64,000 nucleotides of DNA, taken from assembly GCA_035221665.1 (NCBI GenBank), contig CM069135.1, forward strand, positions 58,962,001-59,026,000. The letters run 5' to 3'. Below, in pieces: positions 62,368 through 64,000 of the stretch; position 1 is the stretch's first letter; every line of letters begins with the position of its first letter. The notes beneath the pieces are model-generated. The model made no database searches. It worked only from the letters and a program-made list of their open reading frames with translations, and was not told the DNA's origin. Position numbers and translations under genes: made by a program. Source of the stretch: Okamejei kenojei. Taxonomy: Eukaryota.

Positions 62368-63845
62368 GTAATACAGTAGCTACTTGTACATTTTAGTGTT
62401 GTGAAATTTTGAAGAAATCCCTTCCTGGTTTCATCACTCTGGAGAAATTTAATCACCTTCGCTCTCTCACATCATTTCCAGCAGACAAAACGCTCTGCCT
62501 CTCATTTCAATTAATCTTACTTATTTTGGTAACATAAAATAATGTTACCAAGACATACTCAACAATTATTTATTTCACAAAGTTTACGCAGTCATCTTGC
62601 CTTCGTTGAACAACACATTCTGATTTAATGTTTTAAATCGGAATGAGTTACTATTCAAAATTAGAGCATACAAATAAAAGTTTAAATACATATGGAATTA
62701 TTATGAGCCATGCCTACACAAGAGCTGCTTCATCGAGCAGTTCCTCAAACTAAATTACTTATTTTTCCTGGTAATTGTTTTATTTATAATTGAGCATTAG
62801 TCATTTATTTTATGCAATTAAGTTATAAAGTTACATGCTTTCTAACTACAAGTAAAATGAATGTTATTTGTAATATTTCATGACAAACAAATAATGCAAT
62901 ATTAGGTCAAAATGGATTCTGCTGCAAAGAGCTGCCTCGGTAAGTTTGTTTGTTTTGTGCTCTGATTTAATAATGGAATAAACTTGCATTGAATGCAATT
63001 TAATGTTCCTATTATTTTTGTGCCCTTTTGCAGTATTTATTATGGCATAAGGCAATGCTGATCCACAGCTCCTTCTCGATAATGAATGATCTTGGCAATA
63101 TTGAGTGTGAATAAGTGCCAACACCTCTTTGAGTAACCAGCTCCAATTATGTGGCATCATATTTATGTCTATTTCGTAGATCTGGTCTGCCATTGAGAAT
63201 TTTAACATTCATTCTAATTTGAGAGAAATGTTATATGAAAACCTTTCACCCCTACCTTTTCTGATAAGAAATTTAAAAACCTCTTGGATATAACATAGCA
63301 TTATAATTTAGTTTTTAGTAATTCATTCGTGTTGGGTGCTAGCTGTCCTGGAAAAAGGCAAGCTGCTTCAATTTACAGAATATTATGTAAATTCCATATA
63401 TTTGAAGTTCAATGCAATGCACTAAGAATATATGAAAAAAAAATAATATATTTAGTTGGTGTCCTTTGTGACTTCTCAGAGAAGTGGAGAGGAAGGGACT
63501 GAGGAGAAATGTGGTTAAACTTTATAATTGTTTTATCACCATCTAGTGACATGGAACATGGAAAGAGATTTTGTGATTAAATAATCCCTTTACACAATCA
63601 CCTAATACAGTGAGAAAAAAAACGAAGCCGAAAAATAGCATCACAGATGCTAAATTTCTGGATTGAACGTTGTGTGTAGGTTAAGAATTTAATGCAGTCT
63701 GAAATTTATATATAATGTTTGTAATTTTTGGGCACACTCTATATTGCCTGTTTATTTTAATCTCAACATTTATATTCTGTGGAACTGAAATGATTAAACC
63801 AGCAACATCACTTGTAATTGTATTTAACAGCTAATCTCTCTTTAG

Positions 63846-63908
63846 GATTGTGCTTCTAATTATACCAGCGTATCAGGACTGAAAGCTCATCTTGGTTCTT
63901 GTACACGG
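63846..63908 (+). CDS. ZNF512: ZNF512 coding exon 13 (DCASNYTSVSGLKAHLGSCTR); gene continues beyond the window
   Basis: tttag|..CGG|gtaagt; SVSGLKAHLGSC motif. Confidence 0.95.
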
Positions 63909-64000
63909 GTAAGTATAACTTTTACAAAAATAAGTTTTGGGCATTTAACCTTTTCGGATAGATGATCACTTCTCAAAAAGATAAAGTGGAATACAGTCGA

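Noticed and set aside
56735-63908. ZNF512B assignment
   Set aside because: [30 protein letters not shown] and the exon pattern fit ZNF512 better from memory; not tested phylogenetically.

Overview
Vertebrate genomic DNA, by repeat content and the GPCR family seen most likely a cartilaginous fish (probably a skate; inference). The one host gene is ZNF512 on the + strand. It has a CpG-rich promoter/first exon near 16.8-17.0 kb and 13 GT-AG coding exons (19702-63908) that I spliced by hand into one open frame of 489 codons; the gene continues past the window end. Most remaining sequence is decayed, nested transposons. These include a DIRS1-like tyrosine-recombinase retrotransposon with both termini and its ICR (27422-37720, carrying CR1, L1 and Penelope inserts) and a full-length Mag-type Gypsy element (41000-48031). 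Also present are a solo LTR, RTE, many CR1, Rex1/Babar and Penelope fragments, Tc1, pogo and hAT MITEs, and tandem non-autonomous Helitrons with kb-long polypyrimidine tracts. Highlights: (1) a 142-bp TSD-flanked mini-retroelement whose 5' end is exactly a 54-nt minimal HDV-like ribozyme fold (5230-5371, minus); (2) dispersed minimal hammerhead motifs in Penelope 3' ends; (3) a GPR139-like GPCR fragment inside a Helitron array; (4) a perfect 28-bp-stem hairpin in a MITE; (5) foreign DNA patches at deletion junctions. All calls are by eye with no database searches. There is one 159-N assembly gap.
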